A DNA stretch of 64,000 bases, filler included, from Stramenopiles sp. TOSAG23-6 (Eukaryota): the NCBI GenBank assembly GCA_900128565.1. It is 11 parts of 11 records of this genome, joined end to end, with 100 filler letters (N's around TTAATTAATTAA, not from the genome) between each part and the next. Parts side by side here need not be neighbours in the genome. Positions count along the whole stretch, not along the records: positions 11,765 to 17,545 come from LT636838.1; positions 17,646 to 23,422 come from LT636839.1; positions 23,523 to 29,291 come from LT636840.1; 8 more parts are not named here. One strand, 5' to 3'. This document shows, piece by piece, positions 11,808 through 24,972 of the stretch; positions within the stretch are counted from its first letter, which is position 1, and the number at the start of each line of letters is the position of its first letter. A program made the position numbers and the translations under genes. Under the pieces are notes generated by a model. That model worked only from the letters and a program-made list of their open reading frames with translations, was not told the DNA's origin and did no database searches.

Positions 11808-12735
11808 GAAACATTTATTTTCAAATAGAGCTTTCATTTGGGTGATGTTGGTTTATCTTTTTGGACTCACAGCAACTGTACGTTTTTAAAATTAATTTAA
11901 TTTTTTTTTCGTACGAAATTCCATACCTAACGATTTTTTTGAAATGTTTTTTCACAATGTGCATGTATCGATACAATCAAATTTAGTTTTATATATGCGA
12001 TACGTTGTAGACGCAGAAAGTTATACAACTGCTATTATATTTATAGTTCAAGGTGCTGGGTTGTTATCACTACCTCTATGGGCCTATGTTTGTCAAAAAT
12101 ATGAAAAAAAAGTNNNNNNNNNNNNNNNNNNNNNNNNNNNTATATAGGAGGAACTTTAGCAATTTGTTCAACGACATCAATGGCATGCCTGACAAGCGAT
12201 ACAAATTTTTTGACATTTCCTGTTGCTTTTTTCCAAGGCTTCAGTCTTGCCGTATGTTATCTAGTGCCCTATTCGATGCTTCCAGATGTTATAGAAGCTG
12301 ACGAACTGAAAACTGGTAAAAGAAGAGAAGGTCAATATTCTGGTTTTTTTGTTGTTTTTATGAAGCTTTCTGTCACTGGTGCTTTAGCTCTTTCAAATTT
12401 TGTACTTGGACACTCAGAATTCTAGAGTAATAACTACACTAAGAATATTAATTGGCCCTATTCCCATATCATTGATATGCTGCGCAATATTTGCGGTATA
12501 TATGTATCCGATAGATCGAGCATCACATGTAGCAATGGAAATCGAGGCATCTAAACGAAGAAGAACCAGATCAGAAGGAGTTTTAGAATTTAAGTGCAAT
12601 GACGACACAAATATAGATAGAGTTTCAGCAGCCATTAATAGTAGTTCACAGAAGAAAGCGAAAGAAAAAGAAAATACTGTTGATGTCACAGATGTTGAAA
12701 CTACAATTAGTAGAATGAGAGACAACACCATGTGA
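11808..12735 (+). CDS. MFSD2/GPH-family sugar or lipid:cation symporter, C-terminal part; intron 11878-11964; frame break near 12420
   Basis: PYSMLPDVIEADELKTGKRREGQYSGFFVVFMKL and TLRILIGPIP. Confidence 0.8.
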
Positions 12736-12837
12736 CATTGACATGCAAAGTTTGACAGTATTTGGAACCATTTTCTGATTTGGTGTGTAATTAAAAATAT
12801 ATGTTTTTATTATCAATATTTATACTTAAACATGTTA

Positions 12838-15032
12838 TTAATTGTTAGAAGTGCGTCCACTCTTTTTCGCCTGTTGAGGCGACACTTCAGGTGAAAAAGA
12901 AGATACACTTTCATATCTTTGATTCTTTCTTGTAGAAACCATCTCAATATTTCGAAAACTATTCTGTTTTAAACCAAGACTTTGAGACCTACGTCTAGAT
13001 ATTTTTGGATCTACATTGGTACCATTGGTATCCTCTATATTTACATGGATGTCTTGTTCTATTTTGTACATACTAATGGGACTACCGGCCACATCTAAAT
13101 CTCGTGTCAGTGGCTCGGCCATGGGTTTATTTCTATTAAATATGTACAAAACCATAAAAATTGCACAACTTAATAAAGCAAGGGAAAGTGTCAGAATAAT
13201 TAAAACATACTCTAATGTGAAATTCCCTTCATCGTAACGGACTAAATAAATATTTTGAACGTCTACTACCACATTTATCTTGTGCGGTACACTCCCATAC
13301 GTACTGGCATTACATATTGTGAAAAAATATTCTTTTACTAAAAATGTTAGGTACAAAATTTCGTATGAAAAAAACATTCAGATAAAAATTCACGATGAAA
13401 AACAAACACCTTTGATTAAATTCGGATCACCCGTCGGGCCAGGCCCACCAGCATTATAAACTGTCCCTATCAATTCAAGTTCACGAATATCTTCTATTGC
13501 AAATCTTTCACCGATTATAATTATATCGATATAATGATCATAATCACCGACATAACAATTATCTGTCTTATGTATTTTAGAAAAATATTTCAAAAAAAAA
13601 TCGTTAGGTACAAAATTACGTACGAAAAATAATTCGAATTTGAAAAAAATAAAACATACATGTGTGATGTCAGGATTCTTACCTAGATCTGCAAGACCAA
13701 GAACCTGTAAGTAGAAAAATATTATTTCTGTAAAATTTGTTAGGTACACAATTGCATATGAAAACAAAAAATAAATCAAAAATTTAATGTGAAAAAATAC
13801 TGTCATTGTTGTCATTGACGATGCCTTATATACCTCATTTGCCTTTGTCATTTCTTTCTTAACTCCTTCTGTTATATACCAAATTTTGAAATATTTCTCG
13901 TAATCGATTGGTTGAATTGCGTTAATTCCATCTGCAGTCACACCGGAATCAAACATTACACGAAGCCGATATATGGGAGTTCCCGATTGGATTGAAGATA
14001 AAGTATATGAACTTCCGGAATTGGGAATATACGCATTGTCATATCGGGACTCTCTGAATTCCTTGCGCAGAGCATGTATTTTGGAAAAATATTTGAAAAA
14101 AAAATCGTTAGGTACGAAATTGCGTACGAAAAAAACATTCGAATTTGAAAAAAAATAAAACATACATCCCACTCACGAATCCCCTCCCCATCCAACGTCG
14201 CACTTAGAAGATTAACCTTGGCAGCAATCATTTTGGGCCCGCCAGTGGACGAATAAGGGCTATTTTTACCGTTTTGGTCCATTGTTAGTTCCAAGCCAAC
14301 TGCACTGATTAATATATTCCCAGGTCCAACAAGTTGTAGTGGAGAAATCTCTTCTTCATCTTGAATAACTTTCACTTTTACTGGGTATTTTGCTCCTGAT
14401 TTTGATGGATCAATGTTGTTAAGAATAGGCCCCGCGGCTAAAAGACAATGTCTTTCATTATACTCAGACCCAGGAAAAAGTGAAACTGAATGTATAAGAA
14501 CGTTTGAACCGTCATTTAGTGTAAAGAGCAAGTCACCACCATGAGATGCAGTAGACATTAAAACGGGATATGAAAAACACACTGGAACAACAGCAGTTTT
14601 CGTCGATGTTTTGCCAAATGCACGATACATGATAGATGGTGGCTCCTTCGAAGTTTTGGTCATCTCTTTTGGTTCTTCCCCATTTGTACAAGTTTTTTTA
14701 TCAATATAAGCAACGCCCGCCTCTAGTGCAGCTTTTTTACCAGATTCGATACCCATAATCCCAGAATAACCACAACTAGCTGATAGAATACTTGGTTCAA
14801 TCTTATAGTTAGCAGGATCATTAGCATTAGGCCACACATCTGCGTTATACACTATACCAGTCATAATTTCATCATGTATGGAAGTATCGTACACGAAATA
14901 AACAGCAAGCGATCCACCAACTAGAACAGCTACAACCAGAAGCATTAAGCATACAAGCCATGTTTTATCTCGGTTACTCTTAATACCTTTGAATTGTTTA
15001 AAGCATTTGCACTCTTTACAGCATTGGCTCAT
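12838..15032 (-). CDS. Hypothetical membrane-anchored protein, 5 exons (introns 14074-14165, 13705-13800, 13570-13659, 13312-13407)
   Basis: N- and C-terminal TM segments; frames join after removing the family introns. Confidence 0.7.
13705..13800 (-). other. GT...AG member of the same intron family, supporting the splice register
   Basis: GTATTTTTTC...TGTACCTAAC...TTACAG|GTT; AG occupies the NN slot after TAC. Confidence 0.85.
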
Positions 15033-15416
15033 TCTGAATTAGGATAAACGTCGGTGTAAAAAACGATGAGGTCCAACTAGCACTGGTGGTTCTATAGTAA
15101 AAATCAAAGATATGAAAGTGTATCTTCTTTTTATACTCTTGTCTGTTTGTTACAAGAAGTAGAGTGGCAGTACACTGTTATACGTACGTAGGAGGTAGGT
15201 AAAAAAAAGATGAAACGGTCAATTAACGGGTAACCCGGTAATAACAAAATATAAATATATGATATATCTATGATAGTTTATTCAATAATATAGTACATTT
15301 AAAAGTGTACATGAATGCTTCATTTGAGGTACAAGAAATGTAGTTGAATTATTTTTTAGATTTTATTTCAAGAGAGCAATGTCTAAAATATTTTTTATGA
15401 AATCAATAAAATGTTT

Positions 15417-16699
15417 TTACTTCGTACTACCGTTTGGAGGATTAGAAGATGCTATATTATATATCAAGGTACGCGCCATTTTGAGACACAAGCGAATGCA
15501 ATAATTATTCTTTTGTGTATCCATGTAACCAGCATTCGCTGTCATGCCTCCTGCTGGGTTAGGGTCATTTTCATCTGCCATATTCGAGTTACTGGAAGAG
15601 TCACCGTGTTGTGTTTTACATACATAATTAGTACAGAAATATTTACATTCCAAATTTGTTAGATACAAAATTTTCTTAGTAAAAAAAATGAAAATAAAAA
15701 TCTGAAATCAATGATGAAAACGCACACGAAAGCATTCCCTAGTTGGTTGATAACCACCTCCGCTCATTTGAGCAAGTGACGCTTGAACAGATATTATTTT
15801 TGCTTTGATTGCATCATCTGTAGGCGAATCCTTCAACCGTTTTTGAAGGTCAATAAGCTCATCTTTTAATTTGCCAATATCTTCATCAAGTTTTCCATCG
15901 TTAGATTGTCCCGTGTATTTTATGGAGTCTACTACTGTATTGTGAAAAATATTCTTTTTTAGTTGAAAATTTCATTACATAAAAAACTTTAAAAAATTAA
16001 ATTTAAAAAAAATTGAAATTCATAATAAAACGTAAAAGAAATTCATATGAAAAACATACAGGCCTTAAATTTCTGCACATTTGCAAGACTCAGTCGAATT
16101 TTATTCTTATCTTCCTCACTTGGATTATTTCCGATATCCTCAATCAATTTTTCGTGATTACTTTCCGCAAACCTCAGCTTTGACGTTGCTTTCGAGAGAT
16201 CTTCGTCTGATGAATTCGAACCCACCGCTTTTTGAAGTGCTATCACTTTATCATTGTATAAAGCCTGATCAAGTTTGAGCTGTACTTGCAATTTGGTATC
16301 CGATGGATTTTTGTCGAGTGCCTCTTGAGTAGTTTTCATTGCTGCCTGTGCTTTGGAAACGTTATCCGCTGCTGCGAGAGCTTCTGCTCCAGTAGCCATG
16401 GATTGCATTATTTCCCCCGAACGTACGAATCCACAACTGGTCGTGCACTTGACTTCAAAATCACCTTTGTTAATTTGGTCTGATGTTGCGGCAAATGGTG
16501 GTATTGCTGGTGGCTTTGTTGGTTCAGATGCATGGCTTTTTGCTCGCTGAAAAAGTTGGAGTCTAGACGATTCTTCCAAGAGTGAAGTTACTCCAAGTTT
16601 ATTTGATGCATCCAATAACTTTACTGGATCGATGTGTATTACGTTTTCAGCCTTTGCAAGACATGCTAGAATGAAAATAGATAATATGCTTATATTCAT
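15417..16699 (-). CDS. Secreted coiled-coil hypothetical protein (introns 15935-16059 and ~15624-15725)
   Basis: Signal-peptide-like MNISILSIFILACLAKA; spliced frames are continuous. Confidence 0.65.
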
Positions 16700-16979
16700 A
16701 TTGAGAATGGTGTACTTTTTCTTGAACTTTTCTGAAAGAAAAATCCGTATGCTATCCAAGAAAAGTACACAGTGTTACTTTTACTTGTCGTTCCAGCTGC
16801 TCCTGTACATTTTTTGAATTTCAAAAATCGCAATCGCAATATATTAGCTAGGGTTAGGGTTAGGAGCTTCGTTTCCTCAAAAAAATTTCGAATCTTTTTT
16901 TCCTCGAAATAAATCGAAATCTAAAAATCTTACGAAAATCTAAAATCTTATCAAAACTGATCTGTAGATCATCTTAGAA

Positions 16980-17453
16980 ATGATTGACAAGCAGTATGAG
17001 GAGAATTCTCTCTTACTTGAGAAGAAGAATGGACACAAAAATAACTATGCCTCTCTCAATTCTGGTGGAAGGTCACCAAAAGAACATGATGAATACATGA
17101 AAAAAAGAGATATATATCACGTATATAGAAAGCAACTTGCTGAACATACTTTCGCGAGTGATGTGATAGAAGCAATGAAGTCAATGGGTATTCTACAACA
17201 TCTGTTCCATAATCGATGGATCCTCGAAGATGTTGNNNNNNNNNNNNNNNNNNNNNNNNNNNNNNNNNNNNNNNNNNNNNNNNNNNNNNNNNNGATAATC
17301 CAGGAAAGTTCTGGCGTGACTCATTTTTTGTGAATGCACTTAAAGTTTTGCTATCACTTGATTCAATTGTCTTAATAATTATTCTTGGCATCACTGCAAA
17401 ACTTGTAGTATACAAAAAGGAGTTGAAAGGAATTTATCCAAAAAAGACTTCAC
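16980..17453 (+). CDS. Hypothetical membrane protein, first exon (contains an N gap; 3'-truncated)
   Basis: ATG ORF with a hydrophobic segment, ending at a family 5' motif GTACGTTTT. Confidence 0.5.
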
Positions 17454-17699
17454 GTACGTTTTCAAAATTGAATTTTCACCTTTTTTTTTTTTCATACGAA
17501 AGTTCGTACCTAACGAATTTTTAAACCAAAAAAAAATATTTTTTTNNNNNNNNNNNNNNNNNNNNNNNNNNNNNNNNNNNNNNNNNNNNTTAATTAATTA
17601 ANNNNNNNNNNNNNNNNNNNNNNNNNNNNNNNNNNNNNNNNNNNNTTCGTATGAAAACCAAAAAAAAAAAATTAAATTAGAAATTCATATAAAACATAC

Positions 17700-18186
17700 A
17701 CAATTTTGCAGTTTTATCAAAAGATCCCGTTACTATTTTATCTCCATAAGGATTGTTAAAAGCAATTGCATATACAACATTTTTATGCCCTTCAAGAGTA
17801 AGTAATTCATCGCCTGTTGCTGTATTCCATACTTTACAAGTACGGTCATAACTACCAGTGATAAACTTATCACCACTTTTGTTGAACGCGCAATTTGTTA
17901 GGGGTAAAATGTGAGCTCGAAGAATTTTGTATAAATAAAAATCTTGTTTCTCGTTCGATTCTTGTTTTTCAATCAGTTTATATATCAAGCGACGGAGTTG
18001 AGGCTTTCGAGATTTTGATATTAAAGCTTCTTCAAAAACAATCTGGTTGACAAGAACTTCTACATCTGTCTCGGCATTAAGGTGTAGGAGATCTATTTCT
18101 TTGCTATTTTTACTTCCATCTCGTTTAACATACTCGAGAATAATCCCTGGAGGAAAATAACGCAAGAGGAAACGCTTGAGTTTCAT
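17700..18186 (-). CDS. DAW1: Dynein assembly factor with WD repeats (WDR69/ODA16), first exon
   Basis: [19 protein letters not shown]...[32 protein letters not shown]. Confidence 0.93.
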
Positions 18187-18421
18187 ACTGAATGATTGTA
18201 AAACGACGCAGTGCGCTATTGATGAGAGACTGGGAGGGGGGTTTGTATGCTCTCTTTTTAGCTGTATATATATCCACACACGGCGGCAGCAGCAGCACTG
18301 CAGTAGTTAAATTTCGTATCTTTCTTCTCGACGGTTATTTTTCAAAAATTTGAAATTTCCCCGAAAAAAAAAAACCCTAACCCTAACTAATTTTTTTTAC
18401 ATTTTATTGAATTTATTCATT

Positions 18422-19493
18422 TTATTCCTCCTCGTTCTTTACAGTGAAATCAACACATGCTTCAATGCCCATACTTTGCATAATCATACACGAAATCATT
18501 TTCCCATCTTTTAACTCCTCAAATGCTTTTATAAGTTTTTCTGAGGTTTCATTATATTCACCAGTACTAGTCTTTGACAAACTCACATCCGATTTTTCAA
18601 CCGCAGCATGTATTTTGGAAAAATATTTCAAAAAAAATCTAAAAAAATTCGTTAGGTACAAAATTTCGTACGAAAAAAAAAAATCGATTTTTTTGTAAAA
18701 AAAAAAATAAAAACATACATCGTTCGTAAGATGAAGGGTGCCTGGTTGAGAGTACGAACCGTCCATATCGAGGTCAATTAATCGCCACTCCGTTTTGTTT
18801 AGGTTTGGAGCAGTCATATCATATGACAAAATATTTGAAGAGTCATTTAAAATTCGTTAGGTACAAACTATAGGAATTAGATTTTAAAAACAAAAAAAAA
18901 AAAAGTGAAAAAAAAAAAGTGAATTGTTTTTGTTAGGTACAAAATTTACTACGAAAAAAAAAATGTGACACTTACATGTTATGAGAGGTTGGACTGACAT
19001 CTTGATACTTATGCCCTGTAAAAATATCAATACCAGTGATCTTTGCTTTTGCATGGCCATGCTTTCCGGTCTTGGATACAGTAACTTCAATAACTTTGCA
19101 GGGATGGTCCTTGAGTAGAACGTGGCCGCCCTTCTTAACTTCACCAGCGCGGATAGGGTAAGTCAAGGAAGCTCCATCTTCAGTTTTTTCAATAGTAAGG
19201 TCTTGGACTTGTGCAGCAAGTCTTTCTGAAGCGGTCTCACTACCTGAATTTCCGGTTTGTGCGACCGCGCCATCACCAGCGTCTATGAGTTCCAATTTGC
19301 GATCTGCTGGTTTGAAAGTTTCTTTACGAATTCTTTGTTTGGAATCTTCGTCTTCACCTAAGTCAATACCAGTTAGTTTGACCTTTAAGCCTTTCTTTCC
19401 TTCTTCTTTAAGAATATTTGTAATTTTCAGTTCACGTCGACCAACTTTTACGGTCATTCCTAGCACAACATCATTGTAAGTAATAGAGACCAT
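18422..19493 (-). CDS. eIF5A: Translation factor eIF5A with N-terminal extension (introns 18816-18975 and 18608-18718)
   Basis: Hypusine motif SKTGKHGHAK, ITGIDIFTG, PTSHNM|TAPN and QSMGIEAC. Confidence 0.93.
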
Positions 19494-19806
19494 TTTCTAG
19501 AATATTTTCTACCTAATCGCGCCGGTCCTGGTGTTAGGCGTCGTGTTAGGCTAGCGTAAACCTTTGAAGTCGAGAGGCACAGAAATTTGCCATTCTCGAC
19601 TTTTTGCACTGACTACTAGGGTTAGGGTTGGATTTTTTGACATCCTGTCAATTTTAGTTTATTTAGGTATTTTTACGATAATTCCAATTAGTATCATTAT
19701 TTGTATGAGTTGTTCAGATATTCAGATTGGAACAATGAATTCTTTGTAAGATTAAAATATTTTAGTTTATAATCTGGTAGATATTTCACCAATAGCTTTT
19801 TTAACA

Positions 19807-22041
19807 ATGTCTTCTACAATGATTGGTGTGCAACAAGATTTATCGCAACCTTTGAACGAAAACACTTCGCAAGAATCTTCTGTTTCACAAGGCACACTAT
19901 TCTCTTCTGTGATGAACTTGAGTGCTACAGCAATGGGAGCTGCAATTCTTTCTCTGCCAATTAGTTTTTCATATTGTGGGTGGCTTGGGGGTTCCATTCT
20001 GCTACTGCTTATTGGTTTGATGTCAGATTATTCGCTTATATTGCTAGTAAAGGCTGCACGCTCTTCTAACGAATTCACTATTGAAGGTATTGGTCGCGTA
20101 TATTTTGGTCAAAAAGGGGCTTTATTTGTAAAGTGCACTCTTCTTGCCTTACTATTTGGAGCCATACTCATCCTTCTAATAGTAATGGGTGATTTAACTA
20201 CACCCTCTTTTCAACATTTTGCTCTTGGTGGAAATTTTTTAAAAGATTGTCCAAGTTGTCCAAATGAATCGACATGGTGGTCAGGAACTCAAAATTGTAC
20301 AACGTGTCAGCTTCCTCCATGGTGGTCAGGTCGTGCAACAGTGTCCATTGTTTTGACACTTTTAATGTTCCCGCTACTTATGAGTCGAAATTTATCCGCG
20401 CTGAAATATATGTCTTCATCCCTAAACCCTAATTTTTTTTTCATACGAAAATTTGTACCTAACGATTTTTTCACCAAAAAAAAAAAATTTTAAATTTTGT
20501 ACCTAACGATTTTTTTTTTAAATTTTTTTTCACAATACATATACGTCTTCACTCTCTGTATTTGCAATTATATTTGTATTTTTCTGTATAATGAGTCGAT
20601 TTAAAACAATTTACTCAGTTCAAGAAGTAAAATGTCCGACAGCAGGTGAAATATCTCCGATAGCTACATCTTTTAATATTTCATCATCTGTGATGTTTGC
20701 ACTACCCATTCAATCTCTCGCATGTACGTTTTTTTTATTTTATTTTTTGGTTTCATACGAAAATTTGTACCTAACGATTTTTTCACTAAAAACAAAAAAA
20801 CAAATTTCAAAATTTAATTTTTTTTTTTTTTCTAAATTACATTTTGTACCTAACGATTTTTTTTACNAAAAAAAAAAAAAATTTTTNAAAAAANTTTTTT
20901 GCTGTCAATTTAATATTTTGGATATTGAACGAGAATTAAAACCAAATCTTAGAAAACATATTTTTAAGATTATACACATTTCAATTCTTGGAGCTGCATT
21001 TACTATATATGCTGGATTTGGATTTCTCGGGTATCTGCCACGTGGCCAATGTGAATCACCGAATGGAGATTCGTTGTTTCCGGGAGATATGTACTTTTAC
21101 ATTAGGGTTAGGGTTTTTTTTTTTTTTTTTTTTTTTTTAGTATGAAAACTTTGTACGTAACAAAACAATTTAATTTTTTTTATATTTTTTTTACCAAACA
21201 TTCTTCTTGGATTTCCAGAAAAAGATACATTAATTCTTATTTGTGTAGTTGCTATGGGTTTGTGTAATATTCTAAAATTACCATTGGCTGTCGTTCCATT
21301 TAGAGAAGTATGTTTTATTTTTTTTTTAACAAAAAATCGAAATATTTTTTCGTACGAAATTTTGTACCTAACAAAATTTTTTAGATTTTTTTTCAAATTC
21401 GAAATATTTTTTTTATAAAAATTTTGTACCTAACAATTTTTCAAAATTTTTTTTAAATATTTTTCCAAAATATATGTATGCAATGAGATATTAGGATGGC
21501 AGGCGAGAGATTCTGTCATCGACGTATCATCAGATTATACAGTAGAAAATATGTCAGATTTCGTGCATACCACTACTAATGGTATTTTGCTAGATTCAGA
21601 AATACCTAAAAAAAGCAGAATTTTATCAAATTTTGAATTATTTCTTGAAACTTGTGTTATTTTAACTGTTGCATTGACATTAGCTCTTTTATGCCAAGGC
21701 TTAGATAAAGCGTTACAATATGTTGGATGTACTGCTGGGGTTTTGGTGTGTTTTATGTATGTTTTCATCATGAATTTTTTTTTTTTTTTTTCATGGAAAA
21801 TTTGTAACTAACGATTTGTTTTTTTTTCGTAAAAAAAAAAAACAAAAAAAATATGTTTTCGTAAAACATTATTCCTGGATGTTTCTACGATAAAAGTATT
21901 TGCACACAGTACATAAAAGAAGGAAAACGTCCTAGTTGTAAAGATCGAATATTTCCTATATCTCTTGCTGTTGTTGGTGGTGTCATGGGATTGGTCTCAT
22001 TATCAGCATTATTATTTGAAACTATACAGCAAAAATCATAG
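19807..22041 (+). CDS. SLC38/Aa_trans amino-acid transporter, 6 exons (introns 20408-20540, 20724-~20897, 21091-21201, 21308-21475, 21757-21869)
   Basis: SVMNLSATAMGAAILSLP, LSALKYTSS, AFCCQFN, GDILLGF and FIIPG after splicing. Confidence 0.88.
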
Positions 22042-22357
22042 CTTGGTGTAAAAACTAAGTTTGTCTTTTACAGTGGTTATTGATATTTTTTCTTAGGTAC
22101 AAAATTTCGTACGAAAACAAATATTGATATAGTTATTGATATAGTTATTGATATAATTATTGATATAGCTTGGTGTTGTTTTGATGAATATTTTATTATT
22201 ATCAAAATTTTGTTTTAATATAAAGTCAAAAATTAGTTTTAAAACATATAACAAAAAGAAAAATCAATACAATTTATTCAAAACGAAAAAAAGGTACATT
22301 TAGAAAAAATCAATACATTTTATTCAAAACGAAAAAAAGGTACATTTATAACCCTAA

Positions 22358-23357
22358 TCAGTTCTCTGTATTCACTTTCTGTTTTTCCTTCTCTTTTCTT
22401 AATGCTTCAATGTCTTTTTGTAACTCCTCCAATTCCTCTTTAATAACTTGTTTAATACTAGGATTTTTTCGATCAAATCTCTGTGCAGCTTTAGTGATCA
22501 ATTCTTTTTCTTTAGATTCGACCAACTCCTGTAAAGCTTGATCACGTGCGGCAGCGCCACCACCAAGTTCCGTGGCTCTTTTTTTCAATGCATGTATTAC
22601 GAAAACATATTTCCAAAAAAAACTAGTTAGGCACAAAATTTTCATAGTAAAAAAAACAAATTTCAAAATTCAAAATTCGATTTTTTTTGTACCAAAATTT
22701 GTACCTAAAAATATATAAATGATAAAAACGTACATTTCGACCATCTGTTGTCTTCAACCACTTTTGAGCTCTAGCTGATCCTTCTTGTTGTGCTTCTGAG
22801 AGAACCAACTTTCTCAATTTACGCCTCTCTTGAGAAGCTCGTTTATGTATTTTGAAAAAATATTCTTTTTTTTTTTTTTTTTAAAAAAAATCGTTAGGTA
22901 CAAAATTTAATACAAAAAAAAATTGAAATTCACGAGTAAACGTACACATTGCCCATCCCATGTATCAGTCGTATCTTGGACAAATTGAGCAACTCCACTT
23001 TCTAAATTATCCGTTTCGGAATTGATAAATGAAATATATTCTCCTTCCTTTGCAATGCGGTGTATGTTTTTTGGAAAAATATTTCAAAACAAATCTAAAA
23101 AAATTGTTAGGTACAAAATTTCGTACGAAAAAAAAAATTGAATTTGAAAAAAAATAAAACATACGTTTTCTTTAACTGAATTTTCAGACGTAAATTATGT
23201 ATTGTGAAACAATATTTCAAAAACGAAATCAAAACTTCGTTAGGTACAAAATTTTTATAAAAAACAAAATTAAAATAAAAATAAAATAAAAATAAAATGA
23301 AAAACGTACACAACCTTTTTTCAATTCCTGTAAAATTTTAAATATCTCAGCTGGCGC
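22358..23357 (-). CDS. Hypothetical coiled-coil protein, 3' exons (5'-truncated; several family introns)
   Basis: Short open exons between repeated intron motifs, ending ...KQKVNTEN*. Confidence 0.55.
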
Positions 23358-23581
23358 ATGTATTTTGGAAAAATATTTCAAAAAAAATCTAAAAAAAATC
23401 GTTAGGTACAAAATTTCGTACGNNNNNNNNNNNNNNNNNNNNNNNNNNNNNNNNNNNNNNNNNNNNTTAATTAATTAANNNNNNNNNNNNNNNNNNNNNN
23501 NNNNNNNNNNNNNNNNNNNNNNGGTACAAAATTTCGTACGAAAAAAAAATAAATTCAAAATTGAAAAAAAATAAAACATAC

Positions 23582-24600
23582 ATGGTGGGAACGAATATGA
23601 ATTTGCTTTGATACGCTTGTATGTTGTCTTGACATTTCTAGTTTGGAAAGGTGGTTTACCTATTAGCATTGTGTATAAAATACAGCCTAAAGACCAAATA
23701 TCTACTTCATAACTATGTCCACGACCACCACCAAGAATCTCCGGGGCAATATATATTGTGAAAAATAGTTTTTTTTTGATTGTTTTTGTTAGGTACAAAA
23801 TTTCGTATAAAAAAAATATAGACAAAAAATTGAAAAAAAATAAAACATATATAGTTTGGTGTACCACAGATTGTTTGTTTGCGCTCCTGTTCATATGACA
23901 ACTTTGTTGCGAGTCCGAAGTCCCCTACCTTGATTTTTAGTTTCTTACCTTCCGTCTTACTTTCGTCCAGAAATAGATTACCTAACTTCAAGTCACGATG
24001 AATTATTCTTTCTTTGTGGAGGTACATGACGGCATCTATGATTTGTAAACCATAGTATTTCACTTCTGGCTCGGTGAGACACTTTCTGCGTTTTACGAGT
24101 TCCATAAGCGTATGACAACGACATACTTCAAGTAGAATATATACGTTGTGGCGATCCTCAAATGTTCTCTCGAACTTGACAATATGTTGGTGATTAATCG
24201 AACGGTGAATTGTAATTTCCCCAATTAGTTTTTGCTTCGCTCTTGAACGTTTCAAAGATGCTTTACAAACAACTTTTCCTGCTAATTGACGCTTCGATTC
24301 TGACGTGAACAAATAACATTTAGCAAATCCTCCTTTACCTAATAATTCACCACGTATATACTTCCTGAAAAACCTATGACCCCGTGCATCTTCGCGTTCT
24401 TCAGTTACAACACGAGGACACTCAGGCTGGGGTGGCCTATTTTGCTGACTTGATGCAGGTCTGTTGGATGAAGCTCTACCATTTCCTGATGATGGCTTTG
24501 ATTTTGCAACTTTTCCACAATTGTAATTCTGAGGTACAGGCCGCTCGTGTCTATCTTGTTTAGATGGGTCAGAGGTACGTTTCACGCGACCTGATGACAT
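23582..24600 (-). CDS. PLK: Polo-like Ser/Thr kinase, N-terminal kinase domain (intron 23751-23850; 3'-truncated)
   Basis: [50 protein letters not shown] and LIGKPPF. Confidence 0.92.
23751..23850 (-). other. AT...AT intron containing no AG dinucleotide
   Basis: Exactly 100 nt must be removed to restore the invariant GTPNYIAPE. Confidence 0.9.
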
Positions 24601-24972
24601 GTCAGAGAGCTATGAAAAACTAATTAACGACACAGAAATTAGGAATCAAACCGCAAAAGGGAAATAGTNTAAGTATGNTATCCTTAACAAGGTATTGGTG
24701 ACTANGTTGAATCGGGATGTAGTCTAAATTGTGCTAATATTATATAAGATAATTTGATTTCTCGGATTTTTCACAGCGAAAATCTAAATCCTAACCAAAA
24801 TGACAATCAAATCATCGGCTCCCACAGCAAAAGCACTCCGCGGGAAAAAAACCCTAACCCTAGCCACTGATATGAAAACCAGTCAGCTTGATTATGATGC
24901 ACTTACAGGTACTACTACGTACTACTTCAGTTCCTGGTCACGACAGTATCATTTCTAACTATCGTTATAAAC

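Noticed and set aside
23751-23850. Strict covariation of intron ends (G..C versus A..T)
   Set aside because: Holds in some copies (23850, 58225) but fails in others (185, 537, 20408, 29553)
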